Origin: Paraspadella gotoi
Lineage: Eukaryota > Animalia > Chaetognatha
Direction: 5' to 3'
Assembly (NCBI GenBank): GCA_051294375.1
Contig: CM119269.1
Coordinates: 12,804,790 to 12,868,789 of the forward strand
Length of the DNA: 64,000 bases
Below, in pieces: positions 1 to 13,203 of the stretch. The position numbers were made by a program, and so were the translations under genes. The first letter of the stretch is position 1. Each line of letters begins with the position of its first letter. Below the pieces are notes generated by a model. That model made no database searches, had not been told where the DNA came from, and saw only the letters and a list, made by a program, of their open reading frames with translations.

Positions 1-381
1 TAATTACTCTCTCTCTTCAATCTTCTTGTTGATAAATGTCAAATGACAGCTCATTACACTTTTCCCCATGAGTTGCAATGTACAAGAATAGCGTTGCTCT
101 TTATTCGAAACGGCTCAGTTGGCAAAACGTTTAAAATTTTCGATCACAATTTAATTACAAAGGATTGCGCAATGAATATTAATCAACATGGAATGCATCC
201 ATACTTGAAACAGCCACTCCATATTCTACGAGTCAAAAACAAAACAGCCATAGCTTATTATTAAGTGCCTCTTTATTTAATTTATTTTTTAAACTTATGA
301 ATAATTTCACGTTAACCGATTTAACTTACTCTCTCTATCTCTTTCTCTCTTTCTCTCTCTCTCTCCTCTCTCCTCCTCTCT

Positions 382-419
<38 letters not shown>

Positions 420-423
420 CTCT

Positions 424-468
<45 letters not shown>

Positions 469-628
469 CAAGAAATCAATCATCTTGCCTCGCAAAAAAT
501 ATTCCTGGTTTCTCTCTTTCACAAAACCGAAGCGAAAGAAAAGAAAAAAAGTGAGAAAAAAAATTTGAATCTGTTTGACAAATATCTTTCCTTCGGCTTC
601 GCTTATTCTTTTCTTCTGCTACGAAAAA

Positions 629-918
629 GGCCCTATTTCCGAAAGTGCCGCATTTCTTAATTTTACCTCTAATCTATAACCAAACCCATAACCTAATCCT
701 TATCTTAACCCCTAACCCTAACCCATAATTTTAAATTTTAATCCCTAACCATAATCCATAATTCTAATCCCTAACCAATAACCCTAATTAATAACCCAAT
801 CCCAAAAACTCCCCCAGTACTAATCCTTTAACTTTAACCTTTATCTTAATCTTTAAATCTAAAAATTACTTTAATTTCGAATTTAAATATGAAATGGGGC
901 GTTTCGGGAAAATGAGCC
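629..918. mobile_element. MITE-like element with imperfect TIRs and an interior of degenerate telomere-like (TAACCC/TAATCC) repeats
   Basis: Left end ggccctatttccgaaagtgccgcatttc is nearly the reverse complement of right end gaaatggggcgtttcgggaaaatgagcc; interior ccctaaccctaaccc-like; related copies at 20780, 22257, 32446, 40549. Confidence 0.65.
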
Positions 919-1849
919 CGCGGAAAAAAGGAGAACACTGAAGCTAGAGTGGAGCACTCAAGAACAAAAAAATTATTTGAATGATCAAACAAGGATATTC
1001 AAATGTGAAATAGTATGATTAAGTAGTATAAATTTTTTTGTTTATATTGCCTCGAGAACAGAATAGTAAAATATAATATATTTGTATAAATATCTTATAA
1101 AATAGTAAATTTTAAAAATAATTTTTTTAAAACTTTCATAAAAAGTTGAATCAAAAATTCTGTCATCTTTAGCATTTTAAACGAGAAAAAAAGTGATAAT
1201 TCATGAGACTTTTTCTTCTCTTGTAGAATAAACTTTAAGTTATTTTTGTGAGATCCAAAATTTAAAAATATCATATAATATATTTTATAAAAGTTTTTAG
1301 TTTTTATATGTCAAATCCAAATATGTTCTTAAAAATAAAATAAAAATATTTAAAAATTTAATAATTTTATAAGGATATATTATTTACATAAATAATTAAA
1401 TTTTCTATACTGTTATACTAAAAAAATTTATAAAAGGATTTAAAATTTATTAATTATATATCCATAGGCAGCCAAAAAAAATGTTCAATCACTCAATCTT
1501 TTCATCACTCCCACCCTACTGAACAGTCGCGCCTCAACCGAATCTAAAGCGAAAATCCCGGGAAGAATCGAGATTAAATTTGTCAACGTTGGTGGGACTG
1601 TTGATGAAAGTGAGTGTGGACTATATGCTTTTCATTGAAGGTATTGACAGTGTCAACTTTTGTGAGTATTGCGGGGTGTATCTTTTTTTCTGATGATGGC
1701 TGAATGACATAGTTGTGAACTCAGATTCAGGAAACTTCTTTGAGGATTTAAGTTAGGGCCGATCAGAATTTCTAAGATTCTTATGCTTGGATGATGAATA
1801 GTCAATGTCTAAGCTAGATTAAGGAAAAGGCAGAACTGCAGATATGAGG

Positions 1850-1888
1850 AAGAAAGGATGGAAAGGAGGAGAGAGAGAGAGAGAGAAG

Positions 1889-1964
<76 letters not shown>

Positions 1965-2052
1965 AGAGAGAAGGAAGAGAGAGAGAGAGAAAGAGAAGAG
2001 AGAGAGAGAAAGAAGAAAGAGAAAGAGAGAAGAAGAGAAAAGAGAGAAGAGA

Positions 2053-2084
<32 letters not shown>

Positions 2085-2133
2085 AGAAAGAGNNNNNNNN
2101 NNNNNNNNNNNNNNNNNAGAAAGGATGGAAAAG

Positions 2134-2213
<80 letters not shown>

Positions 2214-2214
2214 G

Positions 2215-2256
<42 letters not shown>

Positions 2257-2261
2257 AAGAA

Positions 2262-2296
<35 letters not shown>

Positions 2297-2326
2297 AAGA
2301 GAAAGAGAGAGAGAAGAGAAAGAGAA

Positions 2327-2396
<70 letters not shown>

Positions 2397-2397
2397 G
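1850..2397. repeat. Long (GA)n-rich microsatellite tract containing an N gap
   Basis: Direct reading; explains the ER/LS-repeat ORFs. Confidence 0.95.
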
Positions 2398-2671
2398 GTC
2401 ACATTTTGGCAAATAGTCCCGACGACGAAGACGACGATAGATGAGAACCTTACATTGATGACAATGCAGCTGTGAAAATTGAGTCCGAGTGAATGAAAGA
2501 GAGAAAGTTTCTTTCGAAATCGAATGTAAAGAAGCTTAAGAGTCGACGTGAGCGGGAGCGATTCGCCGATACGCTCTTCTCTCTTCTTGTTGGAGACAAA
2601 TTCGTTCCGACGTCGAGGAACTCGAGCTGAAGAACAATTTGCGACGAACATTTTAAGAACTGTTCGCCTCC

Positions 2672-2738
<67 letters not shown>

Positions 2739-2849
2739 CTCTCTCCTCTCCTCTTCCCCTTTCTTCTTTCGGCCCGACTCTCTCTCTCTTCTCTCTCTCT
2801 CTCTCCCTTTCCCCCCTTCTTCCTAGTAATTTTTTCGGCCCCGACTCTG

Positions 2850-2892
<43 letters not shown>

Positions 2893-4327
2893 CCTCATCT
2901 GTTTCGCCTCTGCGTCTCTCTCTTTCCCTCTCCCTCTTGTCTCTCTCTCTCGTCTCTCTCTCTCGTCTCCTCCCTCCTTCCCTCTCCCCCTTTTTTCACC
3001 CCTCTTCCGTCCAACTCGAATCAAAACAACGTTACCCTCATCATCAAATATCCGCTCTTCGCCAATGCGACGCTAATCTTTTTAATCTCGTAACAAAAAA
3101 AAAGGGAGGCTTAATGCTTAATGCTGAGAATATGATCAAAGAGATATTGTCGAATCTAAAATATAACAACTTCTTTTCATTGTTGAAGATATTTTTCGTG
3201 CGATTTACAATTTTTTTATTTAAATTTAATTAAATTGAAATTTTATTTAATTTAATGATGCGAACAATTTTTCATCCACTTCTTGCCATTAGCTTATTGT
3301 AATTTGACAATCAATTTTGAAAACAGTTTACTAATCTTTGACTGTTATTTTTCGTATTTTACTAATATATTTTCTGATTTTAAATTTAACACCTTTCTTA
3401 ACGTTTTTTTTCACAAGTCTTAATTATAAGCTTCATTTTTAGCCTCATTTTCACTTCATTGACCCTTTTCACCCGACACGTGAACCTTCACGCCCCGATG
3501 AATTATCATACTCGCGCGTGACCTGTGACCCGAAGCCTCACGGCACGATGCCACCGTATGTGATTGTAATACATTTAAATGTCGATTTCATTCTCTCTCT
3601 CTCTCTTCTCTTTCTCTCTCTCTCCCTCTCTCTCTTCCTCCCTCTCTCCTCCGTCCGCACAAATGAAAAGCGCCTTCGCTTCCTCCTTCCATTATCTCAA
3701 TTTACGCGAATGAAAATCATTTTTACGTCCGACGCAGCGAGGATTTCAATCGCGCTCCCGCTCTCTCTCTCTCTCTCTCTCATGCTCTCTCTCTCTCTAT
3801 CCTTTCGATCAACAAACTTCTACCAACACGATTTTTTTTTCTATGGATAAAATTCAAATAAAATACGAATTTAATCATGAATGTTTAAATTAAACAAAAC
3901 CAAGCACCCCTAAAAAAAGTTGTTTGTCAAATCTTAAATATTTCAACGCCAAATTTTTTTTTTTGTGGATCCAATAATTTGAATAAAAAAAAATATAACG
4001 AAAATTGAACCGAATTTTTTTTTTTCGAATTTCGATTTCTCGCTAGCGGGTGAGTCATCATTGCTTGATATATAACGTTTGTCTCCTTAATTTTTTTTCT
4101 GAAAGGAAAAAGAAAAACAACAATGTTACTCATTTTGAAGAATTGGATGTTAAGCTATTGTATGGTCAACATTATATAAAAAGTGAAAATGAAAGCAAAG
4201 AGTTTTCATGTCAAATGGCAGCGAGCAGAGAATTTTAAATTTTTTTTTTGAATATATGATTGTTCTTTAAGTGTTTAGGACATTATAGGAAAGATGCCAT
4301 TAAAGAAAAGATTAATGGTTGGTTAGG

Positions 4328-4700
4328 TCAACGTCTCGGTTTGTAAGCTCGTTGTAGAGCGACTGAGGCGCTGAAAAAAGAATTTGCATTCTTGGGAGTC
4401 GTTTTTTCCCCATCGTCGAGAGTTGGGTGGGCTAAGGCTTGAGGAAGATCAGGGCTCCACTGTCCCAACCGCCGAAGGTCTCTAAGATAAGAGGCTGAAA
4501 ATATATTCCTTGGGACTGGCAGTTGGCGAAGTGGCCGCGCATTTTGGCGGATCTCAAAAGCGGCGGCGGAAGCTATGGCTGCTTGGAGGATTCGGGAAGC
4601 GACGGACGCGTCAAGAGCGATTTTCCGGCAGTCTATCCAATTGGGGACGAAGATATCGGCGGGTCGAGAGAGGGATCCAGGGGCGAGACTCGGAATCCTT
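4328..4700 (-). mobile_element. Degenerate fragment of a CRE-like non-LTR retrotransposon (restriction-like endonuclease, C-terminal region)
   Basis: Frameshifted translation RPADIFVPNWIDCRKIALDASV ... FQPLILETFGGW ... SVALQRA matches the RPAD..W..A.DV / F.PL..ETFGGW / S.ALQR.N pattern of REL-type CRE elements. Confidence 0.75.
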
Positions 4701-5316
4701 AACAAGTTTTTTAGTTTAACTTTTTTGAAAAGAAGAGAAAACGATTTATTTAGTTTAGCCATATAAGATAAACAGATTATTAAATTTCAAATATAATTGT
4801 TCCAAGTACAAGGTGTAAAAGTTCACAATGAAAAAAAAAAAGGGGGAAAAATTTGTATTGTTGAAGAAACCGTTTAGAGTTAATTGGATTTAATGGTAAC
4901 AAAACTTGCGGGGAAAAGTTTAACTTATTTTGAATTTGACTATTTCCACGAGTCCAAAGTTTTTTTTCTTCCAGTATTCAGAAAATGAAAAATGTTTTTG
5001 TTCCCCGATTTTCAGTTGGAAAAGAGAGAGAGAGAGGGTCACATTTTGGCAAATAGTCCCGACGACGAAGACGACGATAGATGAGAACCTTACATTGATG
5101 ACAATGCAGCTGTGAAAATTGAGTCCGAGTGAATGAAAGAGAGAAAAGTTTTCTTTCGAAATCGAATGTAAAGAAGCTTAAGAGTCGGACGTGAGCGGGA
5201 GCGATTCGCCGATACGCTCTTCTCTCTTCTTGTTGGAGACAAATTCGTTCCGACGTCGAGGAACTCGAGCTGAAGAACAATTTGCGACGAACCATTTTAA
5301 GAACTGTTCGCTCCAA

Positions 5317-5381
<65 letters not shown>

Positions 5382-5571
5382 CTCTTCCCCCTTTCTTCTT
5401 TCGGCCCCGACTCTCTCTCCTCTCTCTCTCTCTCTCTCCCTTTCCCCCCTTCTTCCTAGTAATTTTTTCGGCCCCGACTCTGCAGTCTCTCTCTCTCTCT
5501 CTCTTCTCTCTCTTCTCTCTCTCTTTCCCCCTTCATCCTAGTAATTTTTTCGGCCCCGACTCTGCAGTCTC

Positions 5572-5613
<42 letters not shown>

Positions 5614-6262
5614 GTCTCTCTCTCTCTGTCTCCCTCCCTCCTTCCCTCTCCCCCCTTTTTTTCACCCCTCTTCCGTCCAACTCGAATCAAAACAACGTTA
5701 CCCTCATCATCAAATATCCGCTCTTCGCCAATGCGACGCTAAATCTTTTTAATCTCGTAACAAAAAAAAAGGGAGGGCTTAATGCTTAATGCTGAGAATA
5801 TGATCAAAGAGATATTGTCGAATCTAAAATATTAACAACTTCTTTTCATTGTTGAAGATATTTTTCGTGCGATTTACAATTTTTTATTTAAATTTAATTA
5901 AAATTGAAATTTTATTTAATTTAATGATGCGAACAATTTTTCATCCACTTCTTGCCAATTAGCTTATTGTAATTTGACAATCAATTTTGAAAACAGGTTT
6001 ACTAATCTTTGACTGTTATTTTTCGTATTTTACTAATATATTTTCTGATTTTAAATTTAACACCTTTCTTAACGTTTTTTTTCACAAGTCTTAATTATAA
6101 GCTTCATTTTTAGCCTCATTTTCACTTCATTGACCCTTTTCACCCGACACGTGAACCTTCACGCCCCGATGAATTATCATACTCGCGCGTGACCTGTGAC
6201 CCGAAGCCTCACGGCACGATGCCACCGTATGTGATTGTAATACATTTAAATGTCGATTTCAT

Positions 6263-6294
<32 letters not shown>

Positions 6295-6999
6295 CCTCTC
6301 TCTCTTCCTCCCTCTCTCCTCCGTCCGCACAAATGAAAAGCGCCTTCGCTTCCTCCTTCCATTAATCTCAATTTACGCGAATGAAAATCATTTTTACGTC
6401 CGACGCAGCGAGGATTTCAATCGCGCTCCCGCTCTCTCTCTCTCTCTCTCTCATGCTCTCTCTCTCTCTATCCTTTCGATCAACAAACTTCTACCAACAC
6501 GATTTTTTTTTCTATGGATAAAATTCAAATAAAATACGAATTTAATCATGAATGTTTAAATTAAACAAAACCAAGCACCCCCTAAAAAAAGTTGTTTGTC
6601 AAATCTTAAATATTTTCAACGCCAAATTTTTTTTTTGTGGATCCAATAATTTGAATAAAAAAAAATATAACGAAAATTGAACCGAATTTTTTTTTTTCGA
6701 ATTTCGATTTCTCGCTAGCGGGTGAGTCATCATTGCTTGATATATAACGTTTGTCTCCTTAATTTTTTTTCTGAAAGGAAAAAGAAAAACAACAATGTTA
6801 CTCATTTTGAAGAATTGGATGTTAAGCTATTGTATGGTCAACATTATATAAAAGTGAAAATGAAAGCAAAGAGTTTTCATGTCAAATGGCAGCGAGCAGA
6901 GAATTTTAAATTTTTTTTTTGAATATATGATTGTTCTTTAAGTGTTTAGGAACATTATAGGAAAGATGCCATTAAAGAAAAGATTAATGGTTGGTTAGG

Positions 7000-7372
7000 T
7001 CAACGTCTCGGTTTGTAAGCTCGTTGTAGAGCGACTGAGGCGCTGAAAAAAGAATTTGCATTCTTGGGAGTCGTTTTTTCCCCATCGTCGAGAGTTGGGT
7101 GGGCTAAGGCTTTGAGGAAGATCAGGGCTCCACTGTCCCAACCGCCGAAGGTCTCTAAGATAAGAGGCTGAAAATATATTCCTTGGGACTGGCAGTTGGC
7201 GAAGTGGCCGCGCATTTTGGCGGATCTCAAAAGCGGCGGCGGAAGCTATGGCTGCTTGGAGGATTCGGGAAGCGACGGACGCGTCAAGAGCGATTTTCCG
7301 GCAGTCTATCCAATTGGGGACGAAGATATCGGCGGGTCGAGAGAGGGATCCAGGGGCGAGACTCGGAACTCC
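7000..7372 (-). mobile_element. Duplicate copy of the CRE-like REL endonuclease fragment
   Basis: Same sequence as 4328-4700, inside the tandem duplication. Confidence 0.75.
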
Positions 7373-7967
7373 TTAACAAGTTTTTTAGTTTAACTTTTTT
7401 GAAAAGAAGAGAAACGATTTATTTAGTTTAGCCATATAAGATAACAGATTATTAAATTTCAAATATAATTGTTCCAAGTACAAGGTGTAAAAGTTCACAA
7501 TGAAAAAAAAAAGGGGGAAAATTTGTATTGTTGAAGAAACCGTTTAGAGTTAATTGGATTTAATGGTAACAAAACTTGCGGGGAAAAGTTTAACTTATTT
7601 TGAATTTGACTATTTCCACGAGTCCAAAGTTTTTTTTCTTCCAGTATTCAGAAAATGAAAAATGTTTTTGTTCCCCGATTTTCAGTTTGGAAAATAAATT
7701 TAAAAAAAAAATTGGAATTTAGGATTGTTTTTCTTTCTTGTTATCGTCGGTTAAAGGAAAGCTGTTGGCATGGCATGGCATAGATAAGAAATGAAAGATG
7801 TAGTCTTTGTCTTCGTTATCCTCTTCTAGATCGTCTTTGTCATTCTTTCGTCGTCTTCATCATCGTCATACGTTGTCTCGGTTATTAAGGAACGTCATCG
7901 TCTTCGTCGTTGTCAGTTTAGCCTTGTCCAAGTTGTACCGTATTTGTTATAGTGGTCATCGCCACCG

Positions 7968-8064
7968 CTGTCATCATCGCCGTCGTTGTCATCAGCGATT
8001 CAACGCCATAATTGTCATCATCGCCGTCGTTGTCATCAGCGATTCAACGCCATAATTGTCATCG
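7968..8064 (+). repeat. 45-bp minisatellite, about 2 copies
   Basis: tgtcatcatcgccgtcgttgtcatcagcgattcaacgccataat repeated. Confidence 0.85.
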
Positions 8065-8117
8065 TTGCATCGATCTTGATGTTCATCCCGTGGTACAGAC
8101 GGATCGTTCCTCCCACC

Positions 8118-8152
<35 letters not shown>

Positions 8153-8628
8153 TCTGGCTCCCCGGTGGCGAATCACAACGTCCAAAGAATAAAAGAATAA
8201 CAATAAAGTTTCCTCTTTAATGAAGATGCTAATTACTTCGTCTTTAGTCTCGTCTTCGCCCTAATTTTTTACTTCACTCGTCGTCGTCGTCGTCGTCTCT
8301 CATCGCTTCGCATTCACGTTATCGACATCGGTTTCGTTCACAAATAGCACGAGGATCCAGGATTGTCTGTCTGGCCGTCTGTGTGTCACTTTCTTCATTT
8401 ATCTCTCCCTCTGTCCCTCTCTCTCTATTACGCTCTTTCTTTTCATCTTTTTTTTTAGTCTACTATTTCTCGTTTTAAAACCAACGATTCTTTTTTACAA
8501 TCGCTCTATCAATTTGTCCTTTTTTCCTTTCTTTATTTTTCGTACGTCCTCACTTTTTGGCGGACACATTGCTCTCTCTCTTCTCTATCTCTCTCTCTAT
8601 CCTCTTCTCTTCTCTCTCTCTTCTCTCT

Positions 8629-8668
<40 letters not shown>

Positions 8669-8680
8669 TCTCTCTCTCTA

Positions 8681-9583
8681 GCGTAAATCGGCAAAAATTG
8701 CAGCCAAAAAAGCTTCAACAAATCCTAGACAAAATCGTAAAATGGTGTAGTGATGGCAATTGACATATCACAGGGTAAATCAATAACCACTTTGTTCGTA
8801 GATGCCAAACCACTATGACGAATCTTATGAACTCAAAATCGGTGATGATTACGTCATCAGGAAACCAGCCCTGAATTCCTTGGTGTTGACATGGATGAAA
8901 AACTAAGCTGGAGCAATACATCGATTCACTTATCTCTAAAGCTGGTCAAAAATCATAATGATTCGAAAACTGCAAAGGAACCTAAGTGACAAAAATCACA
9001 AAATTGGTAATGACTGTGTACAATTCTCTCACAGTGTCAATCTTCAATATTCAAGCATTGCTTGGATAACATGACAAAAATCAATGGGAAAAGTAGACAA
9101 ATCTCCAAATCAACAATGAGAATATTCCTAGATCTACCAATCCATACTGCTAATCGACTGTTTCTTGATGCAAGAACACATCCAATCTATCAGAAACTCT
9201 TTTCACTTAGCACGGAAAAGGGTCCTAAATATCGTTGGAAAAATGACCTGTTTGATTGACATATTAGAAGATCTGATGAAGAGAGCACAAAAACCACGTT
9301 TCTCCATTGGAAATCGTTTCCACAAAACTCGGATTTGAAACCTTGCATGATGTTTAGAAAGAAATATAGTATCTCACAATATCCTGTGATATTTGTTATT
9401 CTACTGTTTTCTTACATTTAAGAATATATGTAGCCTTAATTATTTGAATTTTCAAATGTATGCTTTAAAAAAAAAAAACCAAAAAAAAAAAAAAAACAAA
9501 AAAACAAAAAAAAAAAAAAAAAAACCAAACAAAAAAAAAAACAAAAAAACCAAAAAAAAACAAACAAAAAAAACAAAAAACAA
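8681..9583 (+). mobile_element. 5'-truncated, frameshifted LINE (RT C-terminal region) with poly(A) tail
   Basis: Fragments AAKKLQQILDKIVKWCSD, EFLGVDMDEKLSW, IDSLISKA resemble the late RT domains of APE-type LINEs; A-rich tail at 9467-9583. Confidence 0.8.
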
Positions 9584-9861
9584 AATTGTCTCTATTTTTT
9601 TTGCAAATTCACCCTGACATTGTTAAATAGGTTTCTACATGATAATGTAACTTAATCCAATTGTATCTCATGTTTAGCTGATGAACGATTTGAAAACGTT
9701 TGGAAAACAAATAACAGAGAATTTAAGTGAATGATGGCCTTTAGTGACATCCGTACGCTTTTACGAGTATATGTATTTTAAAACGAAAAACAAAAGACCT
9801 CTTAGACGTACTAGTTGCTGTCCAGGGTCATGTACTGTTCAATTCAATTCAATTCACATTC

Positions 9862-10033
9862 TACCTGTATTTCTCATTAAAGCACCGAGCCGTTCTCTCT
9901 TTCTCTCCCTATATGTAAATTTACTTATCTGTATTTCTCGTCAATAGCCAAATCGGTCTTTGTCGCTTTCTAAATTTCAATGTTCTTATCTCTTATCTCA
10001 TTTTTTTCCATTTCTCGTTAATATGAAAAGTGC

Positions 10034-10085
<52 letters not shown>

Positions 10086-10274
10086 CTGTATTTCTCATTA
10101 AAGCACCGAGCCGTTCTCTCTTTCTCTCCCTATATGTAAATTTACTTATCTGTATTTCTCGTCAATAGCCAAATCGGTCTTTGTCGCTTTCTAAATTTCA
10201 ATGTTCTTATCTCTTATCTCATTTTTTCCATTTCTCGTTAATATGAAAAGTGCGTCTCTCTCTCTCTCTCTCTC
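9862..10274 (+). repeat. ~220-bp tandem duplication next to an N gap
   Basis: ctacctgtatttctcattaaagcaccgagc... occurs at ~9862 and ~10082. Confidence 0.85.
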
Positions 10275-11078
10275 NNNNNNNNNNTGTGTATTTCCCATAA
10301 AAGCTCCGCCCCTTTCTCTCTCAAAGCTCTCTCTCAAAGTTTCTTCAGGACAATTCAAATTCTCTCTCTCTCTCTCTCTGTATTTCTAATAAAAGCACAG
10401 TGCGTTTCTCTCTCTCTCTCTGTTTTTCTCACTCTCCCGCGCTTTTCTTCTGATCAGTTAACAATTAAGTGCAAAAACCTTTAGAGAATCAAATTTTGAC
10501 CGGGTCAATCCGAGGGGCGAACGGACAAACAGATGGACAAAGATGTCATTCAAGCGTGATAGATCGGTCTGGTGCGGAAAAAGGGGGTTCGTTCGGGTTA
10601 AGGATGTGAGGAGCGGGTGACGACCAGGGGAAGGAATTATGCGGAAAAGAAACAGTGAGGATAAAGCGAATGAGAAGAGAAAGAAAGAAAGAAAGAAAGA
10701 AAGAAGGAAAGAAAAGAGAAAGCAATAAAGATATAAAGTATATAATGGAAAAAGAAAGAAAGAGAAGAATGAATGAATGAAAAGAAATAAAGAAAAAAAA
10801 AATAAAAAAAGAACGAAAGAATTACAAGATGGACGAAAGGATAGAGATTTAAGAGAATGCAGAATTTCAGAATTTCAGCAAATTTCCCTAATCCAAAATT
10901 AACATAGTAAAGTCAGGAGCAAGATAGCTTATTTATTAAATGAATGGATAATTTTTATATTGGTTGTACCAATTTCATAATATGAATAATTGTATTATTT
11001 AGGTAATTAGAGAATTAACATTTAAAATAGTGTCGGTTCATCAAAGAAAAGTTTGATCTTCAACCGTTAAATAGGAAT

Positions 11079-11154
<76 letters not shown>

Positions 11155-11459
11155 AAAAAGAAAGAAAGCCGACGTGCGGTGAAAACTTTTAAGGGAGAGG
11201 AAGAAACCGTGAAAATTCTATAGGAGCGGGAAGAGCGTGAGGGACGTGGGAGGGGGAAGAGGATAAAGAACGTGATGAGGAAGAGGGGGAAGGTCGAGGA
11301 GGAAGAAAAAGGAAGAGGAGGAAGAGGAACGTGCTCAAAACTTAAATGAGAAAACAATTTCCTTATATGGTCAAAAGAACGAGACGAGAGTCGCTTAAAA
11401 TTTTTTTCAAACCAATTAAATTTAAAAAAAAAGAAAAGAAAAGATAAAACCGTCAAGAG

Positions 11460-11600
11460 AAGCTGCGACCGACGTCTCCCGCGGCTGCGGAGCGGCGGAC
11501 CCCTGTCTCGTGCCCGGGCCCCGAGCGGGCCCGCGACGGGCCATCCTTCCTATAAAAGAGGACCCCCCGATCTCCAGTCTGCCACTCGAACGGAAATCAT
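11460..11600 (+). promoter_or_regulatory. Putative Pol II core promoter: GC-rich block, TATAAAAG, initiator-like CCAGTC
   Basis: tataaaag at 11551 and ccagtc about 23 nt later; first downstream + strand gene has a splice acceptor just before its ATG (13201), implying a non-coding first exon. Confidence 0.5.
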
Positions 11601-12690
11601 CGACTCCGACATTTTGTTTTCACAAAAAAATAAAATGAAAATAATTTTCCCTCGAAAACGAAATATTTTTTTTTAACTGAAAATTCTTCTTCGACTTCAA
11701 CTCGCGCGCAAGTATTTAAACGATCATTGGCTTGTTGAATATGCTCGTTGCTGTGTGATTGGTCTGATTTTTCTCTTTACGTTTCTTCGCTTTTTTTTCT
11801 AATATTAATAGTAATATTAATAATAATATAATATAATATATAATAATAATTATTAATAGTAATAATATTCTTTTAATCCGACCTGATTTTTGGTCTGTCT
11901 CTGGAATAATCTTTGTTACGTTTGTGAAAGAAAAGCTATTTGTATCCTTATTCAAAAAATAAGAATCTAACTCATTATGAACGAGTCCTATTTTTTTTTA
12001 AATTAACATAATCTTTAATTTTAAATGAATGAACTCTGGTCCTCGCGAACGCTCGGGTCCCAATTATTTTTTTTTCTTACATTCCTAAAAAATCGGATGC
12101 AGAGACCGAGGCTAAGTTTTATGTGGCTCGAAAAATTTATAAACATACGAGGTTAAGTGATTTATGTACATGAACATGTCAGAAAAAAAAGGAAAAGTCA
12201 TTAATGTTATTTAAGTATAACCATTTCTGTGGGGACTACGAGTGTTTGGCGCCGATTAGATTTTTTGTGTTAAAATATTTTTTTCGTAAAGAAAAGTGTT
12301 AAACCTTGAAACGTAAATATACCCATAACCTTAACAAAACTACTATTTTTACCACGGTAATGAAATATGTGAATAAAAAAACCCGACCTGCTCAGTTGCG
12401 GTCGGCGAGAGTACAATTATGCCATGAAACCATTGGCGCTCACCAACAAAACTTTTTTTTTTTCGGAAACAGGATAATTTAGCTTTGAGATTTTCGCGAC
12501 TGCCAATGACAATCCGTCACCACGTTTTATTCTGTGGTCGTAATAAAAACCGGACGGTCGTTGGTAGTTTTTTATTTTCTCATAGCTCACCGACGTTTGG
12601 TTGAAGAAAACGACGATTATTAAATAATATTACTCTTAAAATTCTTACTATATCTTACTATTTATATATAGTTCATGAAAGAAAGTACAT

Positions 12691-13035
12691 ATTTCTGCAT
12701 TGATACTTAAGTCCTTCAAAAAAAAACCTTTCTTAAACTTCATGTCAGTTCTTCAAAAAAAAAGTCTTTCTGCGTCTGAAGTTTTTCTGCATCTATACTT
12801 CAACACTTAAAAAAAAAAGTCGTTCTGCATCTGTACTTCAGCACTTTAAAAAAAGTCTTTCTGCATCTGTACTTCAGCCCTTCAAAAGAAAGAAGTCTTT
12901 CTGCATCTGTACTTCAGCACTTCAAAAAAAAGTCTTTCCGCATCTGTACTTCAGCACTTCAAAAAAAAAAGGCTTTCTGTATCTGTACTTCAGCACTTCA
13001 AAAAAAAGATCATCTTTCTGCATCAGCACTTCATT
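12691..13035 (+). repeat. ~37-bp tandem minisatellite, about 9 copies
   Basis: Unit ctttctgcatctgtacttcagcacttcaaaaaaaagt; no unique spacers. Confidence 0.9.
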
Positions 13036-13203
13036 CCTTCAATTCAAGAGAATCTTCGTTATTCGCGACTTCTCCAAACAGTTTCACTACAATATCATTA
13101 CAATTCACACTGTCGCTCCAAGAATAAATTGATTAAAAAAATTTTAAAATAAATTGAATAATCCTCCATCGCCAAAAAAAGAGTGTTCTATTTTCCTCCA
13201 GGC

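Larger units (their letters stand above)
2385..7694 (+). repeat. Tandem direct duplication of ~2.65 kb (2385-5023 and 5024-7694)
   Basis: Both units start gagagagggtcacattttggcaaatag and end ttcag(t)ttggaaaa; differences are mainly 1-nt indels and microsatellite length. Confidence 0.92.

Noticed and set aside
1540-1850. Possible LINE 3' remnant on the - strand
   Set aside because: Too many stops and no diagnostic motif to support a call.
297-3024. Long ER-repeat and LS-repeat ORFs here and throughout the window
   Set aside because: They are translations of (GA)n/(CT)n microsatellites, which lack stop codons.
3519-3531. DR1 nuclear-receptor-like site TGACCTgTGACCC (also 32345 and duplicates)
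   Set aside because: Short motif with no assigned target gene; such motifs are common in repeats.
9678-9706. CTGATGA...GAAA resembling a hammerhead core
   Set aside because: No stem II or stem I can form.
12691-13035. CRISPR-like appearance of the 37-bp array
   Set aside because: Units are contiguous with no unique spacers, there are no cas genes, and the context is eukaryotic.
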